Part shown: positions 9,790 through 20,900 of the stretch, one piece after another
How positions within the stretch are numbered: position 1 is the stretch's first letter
Layout: each line of letters opens with the position of its first letter
Origin: a bacterium
GTDB taxonomy: Bacteria; Margulisbacteria; Marinamargulisbacteria; JAHFDA01
DNA: 64,000 nt
NCBI GenBank assembly: GCA_023249225.1
Contig: JAHFDA010000005.1
Span: forward strand, 7,995-71,994
Reading direction: 5' to 3'
Translations under genes and position numbers: made by a program
The notes under the pieces: generated by a model
Database searches by the model: none
What the model was told of the DNA's origin: nothing
The model's input: the letters and a program-made list of their open reading frames with translations, nothing else

Positions 9790-10669
9790 TCACGGCCTCC
9801 AGATGAAATTGTTTGATATCAAGACCCTCAATGAGGTCGTGAATATATCCACCATTCCCCACCGTAGCCCATTCCGTTATCCGGGGGGGAAAACCTGGTT
9901 AGTGCCAAGAATACGAGAGTGGTTATTTGGCATTGAAAAACCAGCCTTATTTATTGAGCCCTTTGCCGGAGGAGCAATTGTGGGACTTTCGGTAGCATTT
10001 GAAAATCTTGCCAGCCAGGTTCTGCTAGTCGAAAAAGACGAGGAAGTGTCGGCGGTATGGAAAACCATTCTTAGCGAAGATGCCGAATGGTTGGCAAACC
10101 AGATCCTGTCATTTGATTTGTCGCATGACTCTGTCAAAAAAGAACTTGAAGCATCGGACAGTTCCACAAAACAGGTGGCCTTTAAAACGATTTTAAAAAA
10201 CCGGATTTACCACGGAGGCATTTTAGCGCCTGGAAGCGGCCTTATGAAAAATGGCGAAAACGGCAAAGGCCTGCTTTCCCGCTGGTATCCAGCCACATTG
10301 GCTGGCCGGATTCGGAATATTTTTAAAATAAAAAGCCGTATAAAATTCATTCAGGGTGACGGGATCGCCGTCATTCGATCTTTTTTAGACAATAAATCCG
10401 CTACTTTTTTTATTGATCCCCCCTACACTGCTTCTCGCAATAACCCTGGCAAAAGACTCTATACGCACCATGAGCTAAACCATGAAGATTTATTTAAAGT
10501 TTCTTCAGACATTGTCGGTCATTTTCTTATGACGTATGACAATGATCCAGAGATCGTCCGATTATCTGAAAAGCATCGCTTTGTGTTTCAATCCATTACC
10601 ATGAAAAATACCCATCATTCAAAAAAATCAGAGTTGTTAATTAGTAATGATCTTGCGTGGATCCATTGA
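9776..10669 (+). CDS. DNA adenine methyltransferase (Dam/D12 class)
   Basis: SPFRYPGGK, FIEPFAGG (SAM binding) and FIDPPY catalytic motif. Start could be 9776 or 9803. Confidence 0.9.
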   Translation: MLPSSHGLQMKLFDIKTLNEVVNISTIPHRSPFRYPGGKTWLVPRIREWLFGIEKPALFIEPFAGGAIVGLSVAFENLASQVLLVEKDEEVSAVWKTILSEDAEWLANQILSFDLSHDSVKKELEASDSSTKQVAFKTILKNRIYHGGILAPGSGLMKNGENGKGLLSRWYPATLAGRIRNIFKIKSRIKFIQGDGIAVIRSFLDNKSATFFIDPPYTASRNNPGKRLYTHHELNHEDLFKVSSDIVGHFLMTYDNDPEIVRLSEKHRFVFQSITMKNTHHSKKSELLISNDLAWIH

Positions 10670-10700
10670 TAGCAATACGACAAGCCATTAGAGCAGGCGC

Positions 10701-11921
10701 ATGATTTCCCTCGCCGCAGCGCAAGCAATTTTAAAGCAGTGCCTCGACGCACATCGTCCGGTGATCCGAACTCTTTCCATCGAAGAAGCCGTCGGATACG
10801 TTTGCGCACGCGATATTCATGCCCAGCGCGAGCATCCGGCTTTTGACTACTCCGCCATGGACGGTTTTGCGCTGGACGTGCGCGACGTGCTTCCGAACGT
10901 CAGCGCGGAACGACCATCCGTACTCACGGTCGTCGGCGAAGTTGCCGCCGGGCGCAGCCACGAACGTCCGTGGGCACCCGCCACCTGCGTGCGCATCATG
11001 ACGGGTGCGCCTTTACCCGCGGGAGCCAATGCCGTGGTGCCATGGGAACAAGCCAGCGTTGCCGACTCCCGGATAACACTCCAGCGCCCTGTAGATCAGG
11101 GACAACACATACGCCGCGCCGGAGAGGATTTTAAGTTGCGTGAACGTCTGGTGACGCAGGGCAGTGTTTTTAATCCCCTGCATGCCGGGGTGCTGGCAAC
11201 GGCGGGTGTTCATGAAGTGGAGATCTACGTCAAACCGACGGTAGGTTTTCTAACCGTCGGCGATGAACTCCAAGACCGGAATGCCCAAGGTCCCATGATC
11301 ATCAACAGTAACCGCCACTTTATCGCCCAAAGCCTTGCGTATGCCGGGTATGCCTCCGATTGCGTGCCCGCCCCGGCCGATCATCCCGACCGCATCCGTA
11401 CGGCGCTTGTAGCCATGTTGGAACAATCGGACATGGTGATCACCACCGGCGGCTTGTCCGAAGGCACATACGATTACCTCCCCAAAGTCTTAAACGAAAT
11501 TTCTGCCGACGTACTCATTCGCAAAGTTTCCATCAAGCCTGGAAAACCGTTTACGTTTTCAAAATGGAAGGGCAAGTATATTTTTTCGCTACCCGGAAAT
11601 CCTGGCGCAGTGGTGGCGCTGCTCTATACGCTGGTGATTCCGTTTTTAAATGGCATGGCGCGTCGAAACGGAAACTTGCGGCAGGTATCCGTTCACTTGG
11701 AAACCGCTTACGCCAACCGCCATGACCGCGATGAAATTCTGTTTGTCTTGCCCGAACGGCGCAGAGAGGAATGGTTTCTTGCGCAGCTTCCGCAGCTTAA
11801 TTCTGGGTCGGTGGGTTTGCTGGCTTCGGCGCGTGGGTGGTGGCAGGTTCCGGCGCAAACGATTTTTGCCTGTGGAGATCAGGTTACGGTTACATTGTTT
11901 CCGTGGAATATTCATTCATAA
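10701..11921 (+). CDS. moeA: Molybdopterin molybdotransferase
   Basis: SAMDGFA, RIMTGAPLP, GDEL, TTGGLSEG, KPGKP and LPGNP motifs. Confidence 0.93.
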   Translation: MISLAAAQAILKQCLDAHRPVIRTLSIEEAVGYVCARDIHAQREHPAFDYSAMDGFALDVRDVLPNVSAERPSVLTVVGEVAAGRSHERPWAPATCVRIMTGAPLPAGANAVVPWEQASVADSRITLQRPVDQGQHIRRAGEDFKLRERLVTQGSVFNPLHAGVLATAGVHEVEIYVKPTVGFLTVGDELQDRNAQGPMIINSNRHFIAQSLAYAGYASDCVPAPADHPDRIRTALVAMLEQSDMVITTGGLSEGTYDYLPKVLNEISADVLIRKVSIKPGKPFTFSKWKGKYIFSLPGNPGAVVALLYTLVIPFLNGMARRNGNLRQVSVHLETAYANRHDRDEILFVLPERRREEWFLAQLPQLNSGSVGLLASARGWWQVPAQTIFACGDQVTVTLFPWNIHS

Positions 11922-12018
11922 CTTTCCTAAAAATAAAAATAACTTGTGATTTCAGCGCCGATTGAACCTCTTATGGCTGGCATTGATTTTGCTTATATCT
12001 TGTCGAAGAGATTCCAAT

Positions 12019-12783
12019 ATGGCTGTAACCAAATCTTTATCTGGCGCTCCATCAGTTCTAAAAAATGCAGACAAAGCCTTGCCGGACTGCCCTTTTTGCA
12101 CAGTGCTCCCCCTGACGCGCCCAAAGGAGATTTCGGTCACATTGCCTTACGCAGAGTTTCGCCTTACGCCTGTTTCACAACAAAGACTTAAACTGGCGGC
12201 CAGGCACAATCTTTTCTACGAAGGGCAGCCAGCCTATCAAGCCTTCTACCTGCATCGCGGCTTTATAAAACGTTACCTTACCTTGCCGAGCGGTGAAGTC
12301 TATCTGATTAAATTGCACCAGGCCGGGGACACACTGGGTTTGGCCGATCTGATCCAGGGCTATCACGGCAGTACCGCCCAAACCCTTGAACCCTGTACTG
12401 TGTGTGTCATTGAAAAAACATCAATCAATGGATTTTTACAAGCGCATTCCGAAAAATCAGCATGGCTTTTTAGACAACTTGCCCGGGAGATCGAGGAACT
12501 GACCCGCAAGGCCGCCTCGCTGGCCTACAAATCTGTCCCAGCCCGTATCGCTGAAACGCTGCTTATGCTTAAAGATGCTTGTGGCGTTAAAGATCCCTCT
12601 GGACATACCGCTTTACAACTTCAATTTACCCGTGAAATGCTGGCCCAACTGGCGGGCACCGTGGTAGAAACCACCGTGCGTTGCTTAAGCCGGTTTAAGA
12701 CCCAAAAGTACATTGAGATTCAGCAAAGAAGAATTTATATCCTAAACGAAAATGTCTTAAGGGAGCTTGCGGAGCAAGGTTAG
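12019..12783 (+). CDS. Crp/Fnr-family transcriptional regulator with an N-terminal CxxC
   Basis: cNMP-like domain plus HTH (TREMLAQLAGTVVETTVRCLS). Start uncertain (12019 preferred over 11962). Confidence 0.85.
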   Translation: MAVTKSLSGAPSVLKNADKALPDCPFCTVLPLTRPKEISVTLPYAEFRLTPVSQQRLKLAARHNLFYEGQPAYQAFYLHRGFIKRYLTLPSGEVYLIKLHQAGDTLGLADLIQGYHGSTAQTLEPCTVCVIEKTSINGFLQAHSEKSAWLFRQLAREIEELTRKAASLAYKSVPARIAETLLMLKDACGVKDPSGHTALQLQFTREMLAQLAGTVVETTVRCLSRFKTQKYIEIQQRRIYILNENVLRELAEQG

Positions 12784-12785
12784 GG

Positions 12786-14159
12786 CTAATCAATCACAAT
12801 TCCCAGTTCCTTGCACTTGCGATATAGCGAAGAAAGACTTAAGCCCGATTGCTTAGCCGCCTGACCCATGTTGCCTTGGGCACTGTTTAAGCAATGTTCG
12901 ATCCAGTCTTTTTGAAAACGGTCAGTGGCTTGTTTAAGATCTTCAGCCGAGTGATAGATCTCTGCCAATGCTGCGTCTGGCACCGTAGAAACATGCGCCT
13001 GCCACTCAAAATCATGGTGGCTTAACGTAGGCTCCTCCGAAAAAATGATGGCCCGCTCAATCATGTTTTCAAGTTCGCGCACGTTGCCTTTAAGGGGTAA
13101 GCCCATGAGAGCTTTAAGCGCAGATTTTTCGACACCCTTCATTTTTTTACCCATGCGCTTGCCATGCTTTTCAATAAAGTGCTGCACCAGTAGCGGGATA
13201 TCTTCACGCCGTTCCCGCAGGGGTGGCAAGTGAATGTTCACCACATTTAAACGGTAATACAGGTCTTCGCGGAAAGTTTTTTGCTCTACAGCCCGTTTCA
13301 GGTCTTGGTTGGTGGCTGCCACCACACGCAGGTCAATCGTGACTTCGTGATTGGTTCCCACCGGTCTAAAACAGCGTTCTTCGAGCACGCGTAGCAACTT
13401 TACTTGCAATGCAAGGGGCAGGTCTCCGATTTCGTCTAGCAAGATCGTGCCCCCATCGGCCTCGGCAAACAAACCCTGGCGCGCCTGTTCAGCGCCGGTA
13501 AAAGATCCTTTGGCGTGGCCAAACAATTCGCTTTCAATCAGATCTTTTGGAATTGCTCCGCAGTTAATCGACACAAAGGGTTTGTCTTTGTTGATCCCGC
13601 TATAGTGAATGGCGCGGGCCACCATCTCCTTGCCTGTGCCGCTTTCGCCGCCAATCAGCACCGTACTCTTATGTCGGCTGATTTTTTGCAGGATGCCAAA
13701 AAGGCGGCGCATGACGGCGGTTTGTCCCACAATGTTTTGAAAAGAACTTTGTCCAAGCAGTTCTTCGCGCAAGCGCCGGTTTTCGGCCTGCAACTGTTTT
13801 TGCTTCAGCGCCCGCCTGATGCGCAGAAGTAAATCGTCAAACTCAAGCGGCTTAACAATATAATCGCTGGCCCCAATTTTCATGGCCTCTACGGCCGTTT
13901 GAATGCTGCCAAAGGCCGTCATCAGAATAAACGGCAGTTCTGTCTCGCGGGTTTGTATCTTCTGCATGAGTTCCATGCCTGACAAACCCGGCATCATCAG
14001 ATCCGCCAGCACCAGATCGGGCAGGTCGCTGTCAAAACTTTTTAGCGCTGACGGGCCATCGTAGCAAGCGCTGACCCGATAGCCTTCGGTTTTTAAAAAC
14101 TCGGCGATGTTGTCGCAGTTGCTCCGTTCGTCTTCGGCGAGGAGTATATGGGCTGTCAT
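12786..14159 (-). CDS. Sigma54-dependent response regulator (NtrC/AtoC family)
   Basis: Receiver domain, GESGTGKE, GSFTGA (GAFTGA variant), FREDLYYRL and a Fis-type HTH. ATG 14159 overlaps the kinase stop (ATGA). Confidence 0.93.
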   Translation of the reverse strand: MTAHILLAEDERSNCDNIAEFLKTEGYRVSACYDGPSALKSFDSDLPDLVLADLMMPGLSGMELMQKIQTRETELPFILMTAFGSIQTAVEAMKIGASDYIVKPLEFDDLLLRIRRALKQKQLQAENRRLREELLGQSSFQNIVGQTAVMRRLFGILQKISRHKSTVLIGGESGTGKEMVARAIHYSGINKDKPFVSINCGAIPKDLIESELFGHAKGSFTGAEQARQGLFAEADGGTILLDEIGDLPLALQVKLLRVLEERCFRPVGTNHEVTIDLRVVAATNQDLKRAVEQKTFREDLYYRLNVVNIHLPPLRERREDIPLLVQHFIEKHGKRMGKKMKGVEKSALKALMGLPLKGNVRELENMIERAIIFSEEPTLSHHDFEWQAHVSTVPDAALAEIYHSAEDLKQATDRFQKDWIEHCLNSAQGNMGQAAKQSGLSLSSLYRKCKELGIVID

Positions 14160-15232
14160 GTTTTTATCGGCAGCCATACCGAAACCTGTGCCCCCTTGCC
14201 GTCGGGCCGGTTCGAAACGTGAATTGCCCCGCTTTGCGCACGCACAATATTCTGGCAAATATATAGCCCTAAACCGGTGCCTTTGCCAGGGGACTTGGTG
14301 GTAAATAAGGGATCAAAGGCATGTTCCAAACTCTTAGCCGTAAACCCCGAACCCTCGTCCAAAAAATCCACCTGATAGAATCCGTTCTGGGTTTTAAAAC
14401 GGATCAGCACTTGTCCTTTGCCGTCCATGGCATCACCGGCATTGATCAGGATGTTGGTAAACACCTGCTGAAGTCGCGTTGCCGATCCCACGACCAGATA
14501 AGAGTCTTTGTCGGAAACGTCCATGACAACAGACAGATAACGTACCTGCGGATGGAACCTCACCAGCTCGAGCGCGCGCGTCAAGCAGTCGCGCACACTG
14601 ACTGTTTCTGTGACATCGCTGTTTACGTGCGCCGATTCCATCAGGTCGCGGATCACATGCGTGATGCGGTCGATATGTTCCCTGATTAAAGCTAGTTTTT
14701 CGCCCACAAAGGGTTCTTCCACCTTGCGCTGGAGCATCTGCACAATGGATGAGATTGATGTCAGGGGATTGCCAATTTCATGTGCTACGCCCGCGAGCAT
14801 CAGGCCCAAACTAACCATTTTCTCATGCTGAATCAGGCGCTCGTGCAATTCTTTTTGTGCCTCAATACACACTGAAATACCCATATAACCTGCAATCTTA
14901 CCTTCGTGTTTGTAAGGCGTAATCGTAAGCAGCGCTGGTATCTCGGTGCCGTCCTTGCAGCGGTTATAAATTTCACCCTTCCAAAAACCAATTTGCGGAT
15001 TTCTAATATCAGCCCACATGCGTTTATAAAACGCATCCGTGGTATGGCTCGAACGCACAATGGCATTGGTTTTTCCCCGTGCTTCCGCCTGCGTGTATCC
15101 GTAGATTCTGGTAAAAGATGGGTTTACATCCACAATGATGCCTTGGGTATTGGTAATGACCATGGCATCGGTCGAGTGTAAAAAAGATAAATGGAGAGCG
15201 TCCCTTAATTCAAAGTCTGTGACCGTGCTCAT
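14156..15232 (-). CDS. PAS-domain sensor histidine kinase (cytoplasmic)
   Basis: N-terminal PAS/PAC, H-box AHEIGNPL, N-box and GTGLGL G-box. Confidence 0.92.
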   Translation of the reverse strand: MSTVTDFELRDALHLSFLHSTDAMVITNTQGIIVDVNPSFTRIYGYTQAEARGKTNAIVRSSHTTDAFYKRMWADIRNPQIGFWKGEIYNRCKDGTEIPALLTITPYKHEGKIAGYMGISVCIEAQKELHERLIQHEKMVSLGLMLAGVAHEIGNPLTSISSIVQMLQRKVEEPFVGEKLALIREHIDRITHVIRDLMESAHVNSDVTETVSVRDCLTRALELVRFHPQVRYLSVVMDVSDKDSYLVVGSATRLQQVFTNILINAGDAMDGKGQVLIRFKTQNGFYQVDFLDEGSGFTAKSLEHAFDPLFTTKSPGKGTGLGLYICQNIVRAQSGAIHVSNRPDGKGAQVSVWLPIKT

Positions 15233-15310
15233 GTGTTGATCCCAAGGTATAAATAGTACCGGCTTAATTTTCGCATATCCAGGAAAATGCGCGGGGGTTG
15301 ATCAATCTTA

Positions 15311-15385
15311 CCCGGAGTATTCACGCATATGAAGCGGACTATTACACACGGGAACCCGCTACGAGTAAAGTATGAATAGTGCGGG
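15311..15385 (+). mobile_element. MITE family A, short copy (imperfect TIR CCYGNANTATTCA)
   Basis: Near-identical to 51168-51241 and to the reverse complement of 26016-26155; flanked by TTA/TTA. Confidence 0.75.
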
Positions 15386-15403
15386 TTAATCATGTCCGAT
15401 TAT

Positions 15404-15784
15404 TCAACCCGTGGTGGCGTGCAATTTCAAGGCCCGTTCAATCACCACCAGCAATTCATCAAAGTCAAAAGGTTTCGAAATGATATCGAAAAATCCATAA
15501 TCCACACTTTTGCCCCAGGTCTGATAATTGCCAAAAGCCGTAACCATGATGGCTGGCAAATGCGTTTGCTGTTTCAACAATTTTTCGTACACGTCAAAAC
15601 CATTCATCTGGGGCAGATTCATGTCGATGATCGCCAGGTCAACGGGCGGCTTAAAGCATTTCAAGACTTCCTGGCCGCTGGCAAAGGCCACACACCCATA
15701 GCCCATAGCCCTTAAAAATTCGGTAATGGCCTGGCGTGTGTCGGTCTCGTCTTCGATCAGCAAGATATGTTTTTTCTTTTTCAT
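15404..15784 (-). CDS. Single-domain response regulator receiver
   Basis: LLIEDE, IIDMNLPQMNG, MVTA and KPFD receiver motifs. Confidence 0.9.
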   Translation of the reverse strand: MKKKKHILLIEDETDTRQAITEFLRAMGYGCVAFASGQEVLKCFKPPVDLAIIDMNLPQMNGFDVYEKLLKQQTHLPAIMVTAFGNYQTWGKSVDYGFFDIISKPFDFDELLVVIERALKLHATTG

Positions 15785-15788
15785 AAAA

Positions 15789-16988
15789 TCAAAGTAGCTG
15801 CAGTGGTACGGACACTTCCATGATCAGACCTGAAAAGTTGGGGTTATCCGTATAATCGCTGCGCGTATCCTTGGAATTGACGTACTGCCCGGCAGTCGAC
15901 ACAAATCCGCTGTACTGCTGAAAGACATACTCGGTTTTCAATAACATCTCTGGTGTCATCCAAAATCCGATACCGGCCTGTGCACGGCGGATCTTGGCGT
16001 TCATGGCCACATCCTTATAGGTATCGGCATCGGCTTCGCTGTAACGCGCCGCAAGATACAAGCCAGGGCAAAAGGTCCATTTGGATTCAGCCACAAAGTA
16101 GGTCCAACGTTCAACGGGCTCGCCTGCACTGGAGCCGTTTAAATCGGCATCTACCAATTTTCCGAAAATGCCTTTGACTTCTAGTGTATCCAGCAGGCGG
16201 GTAGCCGCATCAAGCTGCCAAGCCTCGATATTAACGCCCCGGCCCATCTTGGCCTGGCCGGCATTGCCATCGCTGGGGCCGTCAATGACGGTGGCATAAC
16301 GGCTGTTGCTGCGGTTGGCTGCAAAAAGCTCGGTGGTGTTGGCGCTGGTATCCGATTGGTCTACACGGTAGTAAGAAAACGCCAGCACATAGGTTTTATC
16401 AGCCGGTTCGTAGCTTAATTTTCCGTGCGCGGCAAAATGCCGGTTGGTCATAAAACCTTCGGTCGTGAGGCCGTTGCTTAAGCCGGCTACCCAACCAAGC
16501 GGGCCAAGGTTGCCTATCAGTTCCATGCCACCCTCGACGGTGTTGGGATCCACGATGGCATTACCCACCAAAGAATTAGCCTGCACTTCACCGTTGTCTG
16601 ATCGGCTGCTGCGGGCATTACCAAAATCAATTTCAAAATGACCGGCCTTGATCTTAAAATAATTGAGGATCTGGTTTAGACCCAGAACGTTGTCCGGAAA
16701 GCGCGTCAACATGACATAGCCTTCACGGTCCATCAGGTAGCCCAAATGGTTTCGACTACCCAGGTAGAATTCCGAATAGACGTCCATGCCATCATAAATA
16801 GTCGTATAAAGATGTAAGTTTGCCACTGCGGCCTGCCACCCAGGCTCAAGCATAAGGCCTGACTGCCCTAAGAATTGAAAGGTCTGTTGCGTGCTCATCC
16901 AAACGTGCGTGTTTTGCAAACCGGCGGCACCGGCCAGCGATGGAAACAAAAGCAGCAGGCCAAGCACCCACGACCACTTACTTTTCAT
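15789..16988 (-). CDS. Putative outer-membrane beta-barrel/porin-like protein
   Basis: Signal peptide (MKSKWSWVLGLLLLFPSLAGA), amphipathic beta strands, GGAGG RBS before ATG 16988. Confidence 0.6.
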   Translation of the reverse strand: MKSKWSWVLGLLLLFPSLAGAAGLQNTHVWMSTQQTFQFLGQSGLMLEPGWQAAVANLHLYTTIYDGMDVYSEFYLGSRNHLGYLMDREGYVMLTRFPDNVLGLNQILNYFKIKAGHFEIDFGNARSSRSDNGEVQANSLVGNAIVDPNTVEGGMELIGNLGPLGWVAGLSNGLTTEGFMTNRHFAAHGKLSYEPADKTYVLAFSYYRVDQSDTSANTTELFAANRSNSRYATVIDGPSDGNAGQAKMGRGVNIEAWQLDAATRLLDTLEVKGIFGKLVDADLNGSSAGEPVERWTYFVAESKWTFCPGLYLAARYSEADADTYKDVAMNAKIRRAQAGIGFWMTPEMLLKTEYVFQQYSGFVSTAGQYVNSKDTRSDYTDNPNFSGLIMEVSVPLQLL

Positions 16989-17625
16989 ATAGACCTCCCT
17001 GTGATTTTTCAATCTGCATGTCAAAACGGACTCGAATCTGGTTTTCTACATTGAAAATAAAAAAGAACGAGGGGGGCTCAACGCCGTAATCCCGCATCAG
17101 AATTTCATAATCCCCGGTCACTCGAAACCCGTTTGATACAGGTAGTATCGCCGCATCTACTGCCACTGCGCGGTCAACGCCGGCTACACGTAGTACGCCC
17201 TTGGTGTATACGCGGTGTGGGTCTTTTCCATCAGCATCCCGCAGCAATTCGTAGGATTTCACCGTGTATTGGATGGCATCAAAATGTTCGGCCTTAAGCG
17301 CCGTGCGCATGTTCAGATCCATGGCCGGATCAAAGGACTTAAGTTCGGCTACCGGAATCGAAATCATAAAATCCCCGACCAGCTTTTTTTCGACCCAATC
17401 CATGGGTGACAATGCCGTTGAAATTTGTCCGGTAGTTACTTTGACAAAAAGCTCAACGCGGTTGGCGGTGATGCTGAACGGATGCAGTGTGGAATTGCCT
17501 TCCAGCCAAAGCTTGCTTTGGGGGTTTAATATTTCTTGCGCCAGGACGGACGTGTTAAGACACAAAACCAATCCCCACACGAGTCCTGCCGCCTGTGCCC
17601 ATTTAAGAATTTTTAGCGTTCTCAT
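16978..17625 (-). CDS. YceI-like periplasmic lipid/polyisoprenoid-binding protein
   Basis: Signal peptide plus GxSTLH, IPVxxLKS...MD, GxLxVAGV and MRDYGVEPP patterns. Confidence 0.8.
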   Translation of the reverse strand: MRTLKILKWAQAAGLVWGLVLCLNTSVLAQEILNPQSKLWLEGNSTLHPFSITANRVELFVKVTTGQISTALSPMDWVEKKLVGDFMISIPVAELKSFDPAMDLNMRTALKAEHFDAIQYTVKSYELLRDADGKDPHRVYTKGVLRVAGVDRAVAVDAAILPVSNGFRVTGDYEILMRDYGVEPPSFFFIFNVENQIRVRFDMQIEKSQGGLYEK

Positions 17626-17778
17626 GGCTATCTGTTCCCATGGAGGATCATTTTTGCTGCCAGCGATGGAACAGTTTTAAATAAAAATACGTATCAGAAA
17701 TAGGAGAGTTTTACTTATTTTGAGAAAAAATCAGATGGTCTACAAAAGTATGAATAATGCAGGTTATAATAACCCCGT

Positions 17779-17852
17779 TCCCCCCTGGTGTAAGGGTAGC
17801 ACAACAGATTTTGGTTCTGTTTGTCGTGGTTCGAATCCATGGGGGGGAGCCA
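17779..17852 (+). tRNA. tRNA-Gln (anticodon TTG), CCA encoded
   Basis: Acceptor stem TCCCCCC/GGGGGGA, anticodon arm ACAGA-TT-TTG-GT-TCTGT, T arm CGTGG-TTCGAAT-CCATG, 3' GCCA; TATAAT just upstream. Confidence 0.97.
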
Positions 17853-17941
17853 TTCGACTTGCCCCCGGCGCGTTCAGGGCAGGCCAAACTCTAAAAATCC
17901 CACTCCACCAACCGGGGTCAAGCACCGATATAAACCATTCC

Positions 17942-20900
17942 ATGCCCACCGCCTGGTTGTTACGCCGTATAAGTTCTACTGACACGATTGAGGGCATCAG
18001 TATCCACAGCACGGCCGGTATAGATCTGATGTTTATCAAACGGGCGGGGCTGGAAAAATACCTGGCTCACTTTTTAAACGACCCGCCCAATTTACAGATC
18101 GAAGCCATCAATGCCTGGGAGAGCGCTCGCGATGAACACTCCACCCTTCTGCAGGGCCAGTTTCAGGATCTTGTGCAAAACAAAGCCGCCGTCATGCGCT
18201 TACAGCAGGCCCTGCACGAAAAACCGGTCAGCACGCAAGTCGTTTTTTTAAACCTGTTGGCTTTATTTGAAGCCCGGGCCTTATTGCGCCAGTGCTTCCA
18301 TTTTGAAAACTTTTTCAAGCAGCTTTGCGAACAGCCGCTTGAGGAACTGGTTCAGGTCAACGCTTGTCTTGATCTGCTACATATAGACGAAATGACCTGT
18401 ATCCAGCGAGTGGTTAAAAGACAACTCCAAAGTCCCGAAGTCCGCAACCGCATTAAGACCGTGCTGCTTAAACGGAATTTTCCGCGTGACTCCAAAATGC
18501 AACTGACGGTTTGGACCTATTATTTTTCGGTACTCCTGCATTTAAGCCCAGAGGACTTTGTGGATGAATGCTGGCAGCGTTATCAGGTTCAGATCGATCT
18601 TAGGCAGGGTGAACGGGCGACGCTGCACAGCTTTCATTTATTGAATTATTTTCATGACGTGCATCCCACCCTTTATCAGGATCTTGTAGCCACGTTGGAC
18701 GTAGATAAGTTGGGGCGGGTGATCTCGGCGGCATATAAGCATTGGCTGGGTGGCCTGAAACTTACAAAAGATCAAGTCACCCCGCCTATACATGAAGACC
18801 CCACTGTTAACCAGATCTATTCTGCCTTACGCGGGGCACTTTCTGCTAAGGATCTAAGTGATTGCTATGAAAAGATGATGGCCGTTGCTCAAACACCCAG
18901 ACCGGCTGCAAAAGGAGGCCGTCCCTTTGTAGCGCTCGATCAACTGCACGCGGACACGCACGTACCAACGGGAGATACCCGGCTGAATGTTTTAGAACGT
19001 TTAAGCGAACAATGGGGGCCTAAAAATGGCATTTTGCTTGTCAGTCACCGCTCTGGTGTTGGCAAGGAGCGGCTCATTTGCGGACAACTGGCCCGTGATC
19101 TGCGCCAGCAGCAGCAGCGCACGCGTCTGTTAAACGACTACTATTTTGAAAGTCTGCCTGCCGATGCGTTTATTGAAGACAACTACAGCCTGCATAAATT
19201 TTTCTACAGTTACCTGGGCTACCAAAAAGCGCACGGTTGCATTGCGCTGTACCTGCGTCACATCGAAGATGTGCTGGCTTGGACTTCGAGCCGTTCTCTT
19301 TTTAACCAGCTTGCCAAGGCCATGCACAAGGGCGAATTTCGCTTGATCGCGGGGGTGACATACGCTGATCTTGAACGGCTGCCCGAAGCGTTTAAGGAAG
19401 CCTGCCATATCATCGAAGTACCCGAACCAGCGCCGGAGGAGCTTGAAAAAATCCTCACTGACCGGCTTCCACAGATTGCCCAGGAATATCAGGTTGAAAT
19501 GGATCCCCTGCTGCTCAACGTTATTTTGCAGCACCCCCAGCGCCCAGGCTTAACACCCAACGGTGAACCGCAAAACAGCCTGACCGTGTTAGAAGGCGTG
19601 GCTGCCTTTGTAAGACACCGCGCGGGTGGCGCGGGGGTGACGGCCGAGGATGTAGATGCTTTTATGCAGGCGCGTTCAAGCAGCCTGAATCTGGGGGGTA
19701 GCCTGCGTCGGCGCATCGAAGCGGCCAACCTGCCGCCGCATGTATTGCACGACGCCCAGCAAAAATTAAGCACCATAGAAGAGAACCATTCGTCCGAAGG
19801 CATCAAATACCGCGAATGGATCAACCTGTTGCTTAATCTGCCCTGGCACCACTGCCATTACCCGCAGCAAGGCAGCCGACAAGAAATTTATGAACGCGTA
19901 TGCGCCACCATCAGAACCAGCTATTTTGGCAACGACACCTTGATTAAAAAACTAGCCTTAAAAGTAGCTGCCGGATACAAAAGCGGCAAAGGCATGTATA
20001 TCCTGCTGGATGGACCGCCGGGCACGGGTAAAACTTTGCTGGCTAAAACTCTGGCCGGGGCTCTGGGTGTGCATTTTGAGCATGTGGCTCTTGGCGGTGT
20101 GCGCGACGAGGCCGAAATTCGTGGCCACCGCATCACCTATATCGGTTCCACGCCCGGACGGATTCTAAAAGCCATGGCCAAGGCCCGTAACCAACACTTT
20201 GTGATGTGCCTTGATGAAATTGAAAAAGTAGAAACCCGTGGCAGCCAGGGCGACCCGCAGGCAGCCTTGATGGAACTGCTCGACCCCGAGCAAAACCACG
20301 CTTTTACAGACACCTACCTGGGTCATGGTTTTGACTTTTCAAAAGTGATTTTTGTCGCCACCGCCAATGGCACCAGCAGCATTCACAAGCCGCTGCTCAA
20401 CCGCTTTGAAGTCTTTGAAATGCCTGGCTATACCGACGAAGACAAAATTCAAATCGCCCGGCAGTTTATGATCCCGATCAAGTTGCGCGAACAGGGTCTT
20501 AAGGCGGAGCAAGTACGTTTTGGCCAGGATTCCGTTGCTGAAGAAGCCCTGCTGCGGCATATTATCGAAGGCTACACTTGGGAGGTAGGTACGCGCGATC
20601 TTAAACGGGTCATCGAAAATCTACTCATCCCGATACGGGTGATGCATGAACAAACCATCGAAACCGGACAGACATTTGAAATGGATCAGACTTACATAAA
20701 GGAACAACTCGGAAAACCTGCCAAAGCACCGCAGCTTGCGGGCACACCGATGGTAGGCCAGGTCAATGGCTTGGCCTGGACTGCCCAACGTGGCAGCGTG
20801 CTCACCATTCAAGTACGGATGTTTGCGGCCAAACATCAGGTGCAGTTTACGGGCAACCTTGAAAAAGTCATTGGCGAAAGCTGTCAGGTGGCTCTAACCG

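Noticed and set aside
17646..17662. Possible sigma54 promoter for the YceI operon (TGGCAG-N5-ATGA, minus strand)
   Set aside because: It lacks the conserved -12 GC, so it is too weak to call.
17720..17941. N-terminal 74 aa of the 1214-aa ORF
   Set aside because: It overlaps tRNA-Gln; paralog alignment supports a start at 17942.
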